From NCBI RefSeq assembly GCF_009914755.1, contig NC_060930.1: 64,000 nt of DNA; one strand, written 5' to 3'. This document shows positions 53,990-64,000 of the stretch, piece by piece. Both the position numbers and the translations under genes were made by a program. The notes beneath the pieces are model-generated. The model did not search any database. It worked only from the letters and a program-made list of their open reading frames with translations, and was not told where the DNA came from. Numbering within the stretch: position 1 is the stretch's first letter; each line of letters begins with the position of its first letter. Source of the DNA: the human T2T-CHM13v2.0 reference genome, Homo sapiens.

Positions 53990-54899
53990 CTCTAGAGGAT
54001 TACTCCAGCTCCTGTGCTCCTACTTATTTCTTTTCACAAGTGTTTCCATCTCTCAGGGGAAAATACTTATTTTTTTCTTCAAGACTGTATTTCCATAAAC
54101 CCCTGCCTTGTGTTCTGATGAATTCAAGAAAAGCAAACAAAAAACAAACTCATTTTTTCCTTATGGAATAAATCACTTTGGATTACATAGCAAAGGCTAA
54201 CATTGATAGACTGCATATCCCATGCCAGACACTCTATATTTGCTATTTCACTGAATCTCCTAGGAGCTCCATGGTATATGGTATGTCCTGCAATTCCAGT
54301 CAATTTGCAGAAGACAGAAGTGAATTGTTTAGTTGGTCTTACAACTACTGAGTGCTGTGGCTAGGAATCAAAGGCTTCATAATCTTAAAACATAACCACC
54401 TTGAAGCTTCTTTCAAGCCCTTTCTTAATCCTGTTTTTCTAATGGCTATCTTGTTTACTGAATTCATCAGTACTTTGCTTTCTTGGCTAATATGATTTGC
54501 CCAAGTAGTAAACAGACTGTAAACCTCCCAGCTTCTGTTAAAGCAGTAATGCCAAGGGACTTACTGCCTCAGAGAACAGCTGTGTTATCTTCTCAAGTCA
54601 CGATATTCCCCCAGGTCTCCGCATCTTTGTCTGTGAAACTCAGGAGTTAGATTTGATTATCTTTGAGCTCAAGGATTCTGTTGCTGATTTTCCGTTCTGG
54701 GAAAAATTATAGACGTCACAAATGCTTCCAGAGTATAATTGATTAAATCTCACTAGATCATTTTTGTTCCAGAACAAGGTCCAGAACGACCTTGTTCATT
54801 AAGAGAAAATTTTAAGGTCATTAAGAGAAAAATTTTTTCTTATCAAATCTTCTTTTAGGCAGCTAGGAAAATAAAAAATGTAAGCCTGAAAAAAAAATC

Positions 54900-56835
54900 A
54901 AAATTTTTGTGGTAAAATATACAAAACATAAAATGTGCATGTTAAGCATTAGGCACACAGTTCTTTGTCATTAAATATATTCACATCATTATGAAACCAT
55001 CACTATCATCCATCTTCTGCCATCATCTTCTCCACTGAAACTGTACCCATTAAACACGAACTTCTCATTTCTCCCTCCTCCCAGCCCCTGACAGCCATAT
55101 TTGATTTTTTGTCTCTGTGAATTTGACTCCTCTAGGAACCTCATATAAAAAAATGCAATCTTTCTCCTTTTGTGACTGGCTTATTTTACTTACCATAGTG
55201 TTTTCAAGTTTCATCTGTATTGTAGCTTGTGTCAGAATTTCCTTCCCTTTTAAGGCTGAATCATATTCCATTGTACAGCACATATACATACCAAATTTTG
55301 CTTATTCATTCATCTGTTGATAGACACTAGGGTTGCTTCCATTTTAGCTATTGTGAATAATGCTGCTACAAACATGGGTGTAGAAATATCTGTTTGAGTC
55401 CCCGCTTTCATGTTTTAAGGGTATATATCCATGTGGCATTTATATTTTGTGATAATTCTATGTTAAAATTTTTTGAGGAACTGCCATACCATTTTCTACA
55501 GTGCTACACCATTTACATTTCCACCAACAATGCAGAAGCGTCCCAATTTCTCCACATCCTTGCCAATACTTGTTACTTTCTGTATTTGTTTTGTTTTGGT
55601 TTTGATAATAGCTATCCTAATGGGTGTAACATGGTATCCCATTGTGGGTTTGATTTGCATATCCCTAATGACTAGTGATGTTGAGCATCTTTTCATGGGA
55701 TTGCTATTTGTATATCTTTTTTGAAGAAATGTCCATTTAAGTCCTTTGCCCATTTTTAATTGGGTTATTTGGTTTCTTGTTCTTGAGTTGTTAAAAACTA
55801 CTATAGTTTGAATGTGTCCCCTCCAAAATCCATATTGAAACTCCATTCCCATTTGGCGGTGTTAAGAGGTGGGGCCTTTCAGAAAGTGACAAAGTCATGA
55901 AGGATCCACCTTCAAGAATGGATCCGTGCCTTATAAAAGTGCTGGAGGAAAGTAGTTTAGGCCTTTTGTTCTCCTGCTGTTTCTCCACATGAAGATACAT
56001 ACACAGCATCATGCATGAGAAATGGGCCTTCACTGCTTGCTCTTGATCTTGGACTTCCCAGCCTTCAGAACTGTGACAAATAAATTTATGTTCTTTATGA
56101 ATTAGCCGGCTTGTGGTATTTGGTTACAGTAACACAAATGGACTAAGACAGTAAGACAGGAGTTTTTTTAAAAAGATATTCTTGATGTCAATCCTTTATC
56201 AGATATATGACTTGCAAGTATTTTTTCCCATTCTGTGGGTTGCGTTTTTCACTCTGTTGCTAGTATCCTTTTATGTACAAAAAGTTTTAATTTTGATGAA
56301 GTCCAACCTATCTGCTTTTTAAATTTTGCTTCTTGTGTTTTGGTGTCATATCCAAAAAGTCATTGCCAAATTCAATATTATGAAGGGTTTTTAAATTTTT
56401 CTTCTATGAGTTTTATAATTTTTATCAGTTATATTTAGGTCTTTGATTCATTTTGAGCTCATTTTTGTATATGGTGTAAGATAAGCCTCCAACTTTCTTT
56501 CTTTCTTTCTTTCCTTCTTTTGTTCTTTTTGCATGTGGATATTCTGTGTTCTCAGCATAATTTATTGAAAAGATTGTCTTTTTCCATTGAATGGTCTTGG
56601 CCCACTTCTCAAATATATGCAAGCTTGTCAAATATATGCTTGTGGAATATACACTTGACCGTACATGCAAGATTTTACTTCTGGTCTGTCTGTTCTACTC
56701 CATTCCTCTATGTGTCTGTCTTTATGGCAGAACCACACTATATTGATTACCATGGCTTTATAGTAAATTTTAAAATCAGAAAGTATGGGATCTCCAAACT
56801 TGTTCTGAGTCAAGATTGTTTGGTTATTCGGGAAA
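54900..56835 (-). mobile_element. L1MB-type LINE 3' portion, interrupted by a MaLR LTR
   Basis: 'ttgtggtaaaatatacaaaacataaaat'; minus-strand ORF2 peptides at 55065, 55496 and 56628. Confidence 0.85.
55799..56150 (+). mobile_element. MSTC/MSTD/MLT1A-like solo LTR inside the L1
   Basis: 'ctatagtttgaatgtgtcccctccaaaatc...cttggacttcccagccttcagaactgtga...ggactaagaca'. Confidence 0.8.
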
Positions 56836-57818
56836 AGTTAATTTTTTCATGTGAAAGTAAATGAACTTAAAAGTATGATTAAAATAAACATTTTATCACA
56901 GGAATACAATTACATATTTTATTCATGAATGAATGGGAACTTGTTGTCAAGGACCTATTTCTTCGGTGGGGGAGATGGGTTCTAAATGAGATACAAAGTA
57001 AACGTGAAGTAAAAGAAACTATTAACCAAGCAAATTTCAAAGAAGTAAGAAATTATTTCTGCTGAAGGTTAACAAAGAACATTTCCTTGAGGAGGAAGTG
57101 AAATTTGAACTCGGTACAAAAAACTTAGAAAGCCAAGTGGGGTAGGGGTATATTTGTTAATTAATTTGTTATTCTACTTTCTACTTCTACTTTAGTTCTA
57201 TATGCAATGTTGGATACTTCTAATCTGTTTTTACATTATTTTTAAAGCTGTGGTTAAAAAAGAAAGCTCAAATAGCTACTTACGTAGTATCTATAATTTG
57301 TCTCTTCATGTACTTTTCCAACTTTGAAAAATAATTCCACAAATGTTTTCAACATGCTTTCAGAATTAATGATTTTTAAAGTCTCATTTAAAAAAATTAT
57401 TTTGAGTTTCTATTTGGGGTGATAGAAGAGTTCTAGAAATAGATAGTGGTGATGATTACACACATTTTAAATGTATGTATTGCCACTGAATTGCAAACTT
57501 TAAAATGGTTAAAATGATACATTTTGTTATATCTATTTTACCACTATTTTTATAGAGACTAATTCACTGTCTCAGATATAATAATGTTTTATGAAATGAA
57601 AACTTCTTTAGATGTCGTCCAGAATAAAAAGAAACTATTATGTGTGTAGTTGACTACCTATGGGAAGTTTGAAACTTATTATAGGGAACATGGAAATATT
57701 GATAATTTCTGCTTTTATGGGTGGATTTATGCTTCAACGTAGGGAAACTGATGATGTGGCACTACGAATAAATAAAAGGGCATCCAAGAAATTCTGGAAA
57801 GTAAACCGGAAGATTTTT

Positions 57819-57915
57819 GTTTGTTTGTTTGTTTGTTTGTCTTGTTTGAGACAGAGTTTCGCTCTTGTTGCTCAGGCTGGAGTGCAATGGCGCGATCTTG
57901 GCTCACCGCAACCTC
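57819..57915 (-). mobile_element. Severely 5'-truncated AluSp-like insertion
   Basis: 'gagtttcgctcttgttgc', 'ctcaccgcaacc'; 15-bp TSD aac(c/t)ggaagattttt at 57804-57818 and 57916-57930. Confidence 0.9.
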
Positions 57916-58799
57916 AACTGGAAGATTTTTATGTAAATGATACATTTAAAAGCAACTTAAGAGGAAAATGATTATTTAATTTCTCCAGATAAATACGAGA
58001 AGATATACACCCAAGTTGGAAAGTCAAGTAGATTGAGTAATTTTTCAAATGAAAATGAAGAGTCAATACCTTGTGCCTAGTCAAGATTTTTTGCTCCAAA
58101 AATGCAGAGGGCTTGAAGAGAGAAGTCAATCCAGGCCTGGTGGCCAACCAGAAAAGACCCCAGAGATCTTTGGCTTTTCCTCAACTCTATGAATTCTCTC
58201 TCCCTTGTGGGTTCTTTCAAAGATAAATCATAATCCTGAACATCAGATCCCCTTTCCTTGGTAGTCTCCAAGCAAGCATTCTAGATCAAAATGTCAGAAG
58301 GACCTAGAAAGGATTATTCAGCTCTTTAAAAGAACGGCAGATTGCCTGAGATGAATAAGGCTGTGAGGCGCTCCTTCTACTCCACAGTCAGCCTTTAGAA
58401 TGTGCTCCTTTCAAATTTCTTATGCAGAAGTAAAGAGTAGCTCTAAGTTTGACTAGATTAGGAGCATGCCTGTGTTTACGAAATATTGGTTAAGGCCTAC
58501 TTTGTGTGATGTAGAGTAAAAAAAATGAGTGAGACAAGGAAGCCACTGTCTTCAAGGAGCTTTGAGAAGAAAAGGAGACAAACTGACATAATAAATATTT
58601 GCAAAGCAGCTCAATAAGTATTAGACTCATGGTGTGTTCATTCATTCAGTGATCACTGATTAAGCGTCTTCCATGAACCGTTACTGATTCTAGGATATGG
58701 GCTGATATAAATGGATAACATGCACTTGTGCAACTACATATAGAACACTGAAAGTGCACTGCAACCAGAGAAGTGAAAAGGAGCAAGAGCCCTGGATAA

Positions 58800-58965
58800 C
58801 TAACATGCAGCATTTATTGAACCTTTTCCATATTTCAGTCACTTTACTAAGCACTTTGCTTTTAACTCATCTATTCCTCATCATATTTTTTGAAATAGGA
58901 ATTAACATCCTCACCTTATAGTCGAGGACACTAAGGCTTAAAGAGTTTAAGTAATTCACTCACAT
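58800..58965 (-). mobile_element. MIR fragment
   Basis: 'catttattga...tttactaagcacttt...ttaactcatctattcctca...gaggacactaaggcttaaagagtttaagtaa'. Confidence 0.7.
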
Positions 58966-59157
58966 AATTGCATAATTTTCAGAAGTATTTTTGTCAAACA
59001 AATATAATCTGGTATTTGTTGTTTTTAAAATTAGTATCTACATGACAGAAAAAGAAGATATATGAAGAAAGTTCCTATGGACATACTGTAAATATGGTTT
59101 CCTCTGGGCAATAAGACTGAAAGAGAAAATAGATGATCAATTTTTACCATTTGTTTC

Positions 59158-59575
59158 TGATATAGTTTGGTAATTTTTCCCCACCCAAAGCTCATGTTGA
59201 ATTGTAATCCCCAATGCTAGAGGTAGAGCCTAGTGGGAGGTGTTTGGGTCATGGCAGTGGATCTCTCATGGCTTGGTGCTCTCTTTGCAAATGAGTGAGT
59301 TTTCACAAGATCTGGTCATTTAAAAGTGTGTGGCACCTCCCCCACCCCACTTTCTCTCTCTGTGGCTCCTGCTTTGTCCCTGTGATGTACCTGCTTCCAC
59401 TTTGCCTTCTGTCATGAGTAAAAACTCCTTAACGCCGCCCCAGAAGCTGAGCAGATGCTGGAGTTATGTTTTCAGCGTACAGCCTGCGGAACTGTGAGCC
59501 AATTAAACCTCTTTTCTTTATAAATTACCCACTCTCAGGTATTTCTTTTTAGTAATGCAAGAATGACTTAATACA
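59158..59575 (+). mobile_element. MSTB-like solo LTR
   Basis: 'tgatatagtttgg...gaactgtgagccaattaaacctcttttc...taataca', TSD gtttc/atttc. Confidence 0.88.
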
Positions 59576-59806
59576 ATTTCTTAGTGATGTTTTGAATATT
59601 TTTATGACAACTGTCATACATTATTTTGTAGTAAAAAATGTTTTGCTTTAAAAAATGGGGAGGTGGGGAGTTCTCTAAAGTCACACGACAAGAGTTATTC
59701 AAACTCTGGGTTTTTTTACTGCAAATATTATATCCTTAGGCACCACATTGTTTTGCATCTAAACTCCAGTATAAAATATGTATAAGCTTCTACCTCCTTT
59801 ACCTTC

Positions 59807-60211
59807 TGTAGGGCAGTTCTCTGGGTGCCCCTTTGGACAAACCCAGTTTTTCTGCCTTCCTCCCTTTTAGTTCTCAAGAATAACTGTAGAATGTGCTGGG
59901 ATAAGGGGGAGCTAGTCCAAATAGCTCTGGCTTGTTCTAACCCCCCAGAAGAGGATGTTCATTAATACTTTAGCTCAGCATGTCATAATCCCCTGGGGCA
60001 TAAAACCAGGGAAGGCTGTTTTCTGGGGTTTCTCAACTGCCTTGGGTGACTTTCCTGAGCCGTGAAGAACTGGCTCACAATGAATCCCAGGTTTCTGTAA
60101 ACTCTTGCTGCTATCTATAATAAAATATCTAAATATAACTTGTGTGAGGGGTATTCTGTCTCACTAGATTCAGACAAATTGGTAATCAATGCACAGTGAA
60201 CCTGTTTCACA
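59807..60211 (+). mobile_element. ERVL solo LTR (LTR32/LTR47-like)
   Basis: TG...CA ends, 'gttctcaagaataactgtagaatgtgctggga', end 'gcacagtgaacctgtttcaca'. Confidence 0.6.
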
Positions 60212-61748
60212 ACCCTTTTTGAATAATTCATCAGATATAGTTCTAGAGGCCCTGTTTGATGATAATAAAACTTTGTTAATTGAAAGAAAATTAAAAAGCT
60301 CTTACTATATTAAAACATGTTCAAACATTCCAACTAAGTCTTTAGAGGCTGGTAATAGAGGTCCCTTAGGAGGCCTGAGTTGCAGAGATCTTGCCTTGTG
60401 AGAGACATAGAGCAGACATTATGCTCAAAGAGTGCACAAGAAGTTCTGTAGCATTCTTTAGTTGTTACTTTGGTTTCGGTTTTGTTTTCCTGACAACAAT
60501 TAATCTATATAATTCTCCAGGAATTATTTACTACCACTTCCATAATGAAGAGAGCTAGAAAAGAAGGAAGTGAATGTGGCAAGAGTCTTTTACATTTGTG
60601 AATTTATATTCTCTGTAGGAAAATAAAAGTCTATTTCTTTTGTGTCCTCCATCTAAGCTAGGTTAGAGTTATCTTCCCTTAGAAATCAAAATAATGGGAA
60701 AATGAAACAATTGGCATTCAATTGAAGCAAAAAATAAATAAATAAATGAGTATTAAGTTTGAGAAGCTTGTTGTTCATTGGGTCTAACCACGAAGTGATT
60801 AGCTTTCTATATTTAGTTGTCAGAAGAGGGATTTTCACTGGATACAAATATTTAAATGGCTTATTAATGGAAAAAACCAAACTAGAGATTTCAGGATTTG
60901 GGATGTGACTTCAAAATAGCAGTAAGAACATTTATTAAATGGTCAACTTTTTAATGCATAAATAAGCTTAGAATTAGAATACTGTAGTATAACTTCTCTT
61001 GAGTGTCCTTGTTGCACTTGAGTACAAGCAATCATCACTGCATCCATTTTCATTTTCCCTTGAGCTTGCTTTCCCTAATTAAGAGGGTTAGTAATGGCAC
61101 TTACAGTTCATCTAATCTGGCTTTAAGTAATTATGGTTCATTGCAGCAATTACAAGTTACATTTATAAAGAACAATAAAGGGGAAAACCTTTCAAATGCA
61201 GTTTATTAGGCTTTGAAAACCTGCTACAGAATGGACACTCAATATATATTTACTAGGCAATCAAATACTTTAGTGAGAATATGAATTAAGACTAAGAAAT
61301 TCACATCCATGACTGTCTTTAAACTGTGACTCCAAACCCATTTCTTCCACAATACTCTCCTAATACCAGAAAAGCACAGCCACTCTAATGCTTCTTCAGC
61401 ATTGCATATAGACAACCCATAATATTAATTAACATAGTCCATAAAATATGGTTCTTTTAAATATTTCATGTTTTCTTTTCTGTTTATAGTGTTTTCATTT
61501 ATACGTAAGTTCCATGAGGACAGAAATCATCATCTCTATTTCTTTTGCTTCTTTTGGCAGCTCCTATGCAAAATCTGCCTTGTGCCTTCCTTTTTCCTCA
61601 CATTTCATTTAAACTCCCCTCCCACTTGGTCATCTTAATATCCTACTAGGGCCCTATTCTTTTGATACGGCCTTCCTGACCATTCTAAAACTGGTTCCTT
61701 ACTCTATTGATTGCCTACAACATTTTCCACATCTACTACTTTGATTCC

Positions 61749-64000
61749 TGTATTAGTCTGTTCTCACACTGCTAATAAAGACATACCCGAGATTGAGTAA
61801 TTTATAAAGAAAAAGAGGTTTAATGGACTCACAGTTCCACACAGCTGGTGAGGCCTCACAATCATGGCAGAAGGCAAAGGAGGAGCAAAGGCACGTCTTA
61901 CATGGGAGCAGGCAAGAGAGCATGTGCAGGGGGAACTGCCCTTTCTAAAACTGTCAGATCTCATGAGACTTATTCACTATTACAAGAACAGCATGGGAAA
62001 AACCTGCCCCATTGATCCTATTACCTCCTACCTGGTTCCTCCCATGACACATGGGGATTATGAGAGCTGCAATACAATATGAGATTTGGGTGGGGACACA
62101 GCCAAACTATATCATTCCACTTCTGGCCCCTCCCAAATCTCATGTCCTTACATTTCAAAAACAATCATGCCTTCCCAACAATCCCCCAAAGTTTTAACTC
62201 ATTCTAGGATTACCTCAAAAGTCCACAGTCCAAAGTCTCATCTGAGACAAGGCAAATCCCTTCCGCCTATAACCCTGTAAAATCAAAAGCAAGTTAGTTA
62301 CTTCCTAGATACAGTGGGGGTAGGGTACAGGTATTGGGTAAATGCACCCATTCCAAATTGGAGAAATTGGCCAAAATGAAGGACTACAGGCCCCAGGCAA
62401 GTCTGAAATCCAGCAGGGCAGTCAAATGATAAAACTCCAAAAGGACCTCCTTTGACTTCATGTCTCACATCCAGATCATGCTGATGCAAGAGTTGGGCAC
62501 CCACAGCTTTGGGCAGCTCCACCCCTGTGGCTTTGCAGGGTACAGCCCCCCTCCTGGCTGCTTTCACAGGCTGGCATTGAGTGTCTATGGCCTTTCCAGG
62601 TGCACGATGCAAGCTGTTGGTGGATCTACTACTCTGGGCTCTAGGGAATGGTGGCCCTCTTTTCACAGCTCCACTATGCAGTGCCGCAGTGGGGACTCTG
62701 TGTAGGGGCTTCCACCCCACATTTCCCTTCTGCACTGCCCTAGCAGAGGTTCTCTGTGAGGGCTCCAACCCTGCTGCAAACTTCTGCCTAGACATCCATG
62801 CATTTCCATACATCCTCTGAAATCTAGGTGAAGATTTCCAAACCTTAATTCTTGACTTCTGTGCACCCACAGGCTCAACACCACATGGAGGCAGCCAAGG
62901 CTTGGGGCTTGCACCGTCTGAAGCAACGGCCTGAGCTGTACGCTGGCCCTTTTAGCCACTGCTGGGACACAGGGCACCAAGTCCAGGGGACTTCACAAAG
63001 CACCAAGGCCCTGGGCCTGGCCCACAAAACCATATTTTTCCTCCTAAGCCTCCTGGCTTGTGATGGGAGGGGCTCCCTAAAGACCTCTGGCATGCCCTGG
63101 AGACATTTTCCCTAGTGTCTTGGTGATTAACATTTGGCTTCTTGTTACTTATGCAAATTTCTGTAACTGGATTGTATTTCTCCTCAGGAAATGGATTTTT
63201 CCTTTCTATTGCATTATCAGGCTGCAAATTTTCCAAACTTTTATGGTCTGCTTCCCTTTTAAATATAAGTTCCAATTCCAAACCATATATCTGTAAATAC
63301 ATAAAACTAGATTTTTTTTTAACAGCACCCAAGTTACCTCTTGAATGCTTTGCTGCTTATAAATTTTTTCCACCAAACACCCTAAATCATCTCTCTCAAG
63401 TTCAAAGTTCCACAGATCTCTAGGCCAGGGGCAAGAACATAGCAAGAGTCACCTTTATTCCAGTTCCCAAGAAGTTCCTCATCTCCATCCAAGACCCCCT
63501 CAGCCTGGCCTTTATTGTCCATATCATTATCAGCATTTTGGTTGAAGCCATTCAACAAATCTCTAAGAAGTTCCAAACTTTCCCACATCTCCCTGTCTTC
63601 TGAGACCTCCAAGTCTCTAGGAAGTTCCAAAGTTTCCTTCATTTTCCTGTCCTTTGCTGAGCCCTCTAAACTGTTCCAACCTCTGCCTCTTACCAGTTCC
63701 AAAGTCATTTCCACATTTTCAGGTATCCTTGTAGCAGTATCCCACTCTATTGGCACCAATTTACTGTATTAGTCTGTTCTCAAACTGCTGATAAAGACAT
63801 ACCTGATACTGGGTAATTATTAAAGAAAAAGAGGTTTAATTGATGCACAGTTCCACATGGATGGGAAAACCTCACAATCATGGCAGAAGGTGAAAGAGGA
63901 ACAAAGGCATGTCTTACATGGCAGCAGGCAAGCAAATGTGTGCAGGAGAACTGCTATTTATAAAACCATCAGCTCTCATGAGACTTATTCACTATCATGA
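61749..64000 (-). mobile_element. THE1 (THE1B/C-like) MaLR: LTR 61749-62114, THE1-int 62115-63764, LTR from 63765 (runs off the window)
   Basis: Two 'tgtattagtctgttctca' LTR ends; ~1.65-kb internal region with broken MaLR ORF fragments. Confidence 0.92.

Noticed and set aside
62298-62870. 190-aa ORF and neighbouring ORFs
   Set aside because: Fragments of the decayed THE1-int ORF, broken by frameshifts; common to many MaLR copies.

Overview
This is primate (most likely human) nuclear DNA, AT-rich and dominated by transposable elements, with no recognisable host protein-coding exon, tRNA, rRNA or CRISPR array. Repeat subfamily names are assigned from memory of consensus sequences and need RepeatMasker/Dfam confirmation. 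The centrepiece is a HERV-H provirus (32467-39782, + strand). It has two 434-bp LTR7Y-like LTRs, an ATTGC target-site duplication (TSD), a tRNA-His primer binding site, and decayed gag/pro/pol/env. A 1.55-kb solo LTR12C (ERV9) has inserted into it in the same orientation with an ACCT TSD. A C>T change found only in the 5' LTR creates an ATG that opens a 196-codon ORF in the frame I recall as that of the HERV-H-derived ESRG protein, and the nested LTR12C supplies a downstream poly(A) signal. Together these form a candidate de novo gene built from two retroviruses. Other notable structures are a perfect 35-bp-stem, pre-miRNA-sized hairpin (6916-6996), a ~600-bp AT-rich quasi-palindrome that interrupts an L2 (1102-1830), an L1 5'UTR fused to an L1 3' end with a possible 3' transduction, a twin-primed inverted L1, and a non-repetitive island dense in AP-1 sites (23.8-25.5 kb). 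The rest is Alu, L1, L2, MIR, MaLR (THE1/MST/MLT), solo LTRs (LTR1, MER9, LTR32/47-like) and hAT fossils.
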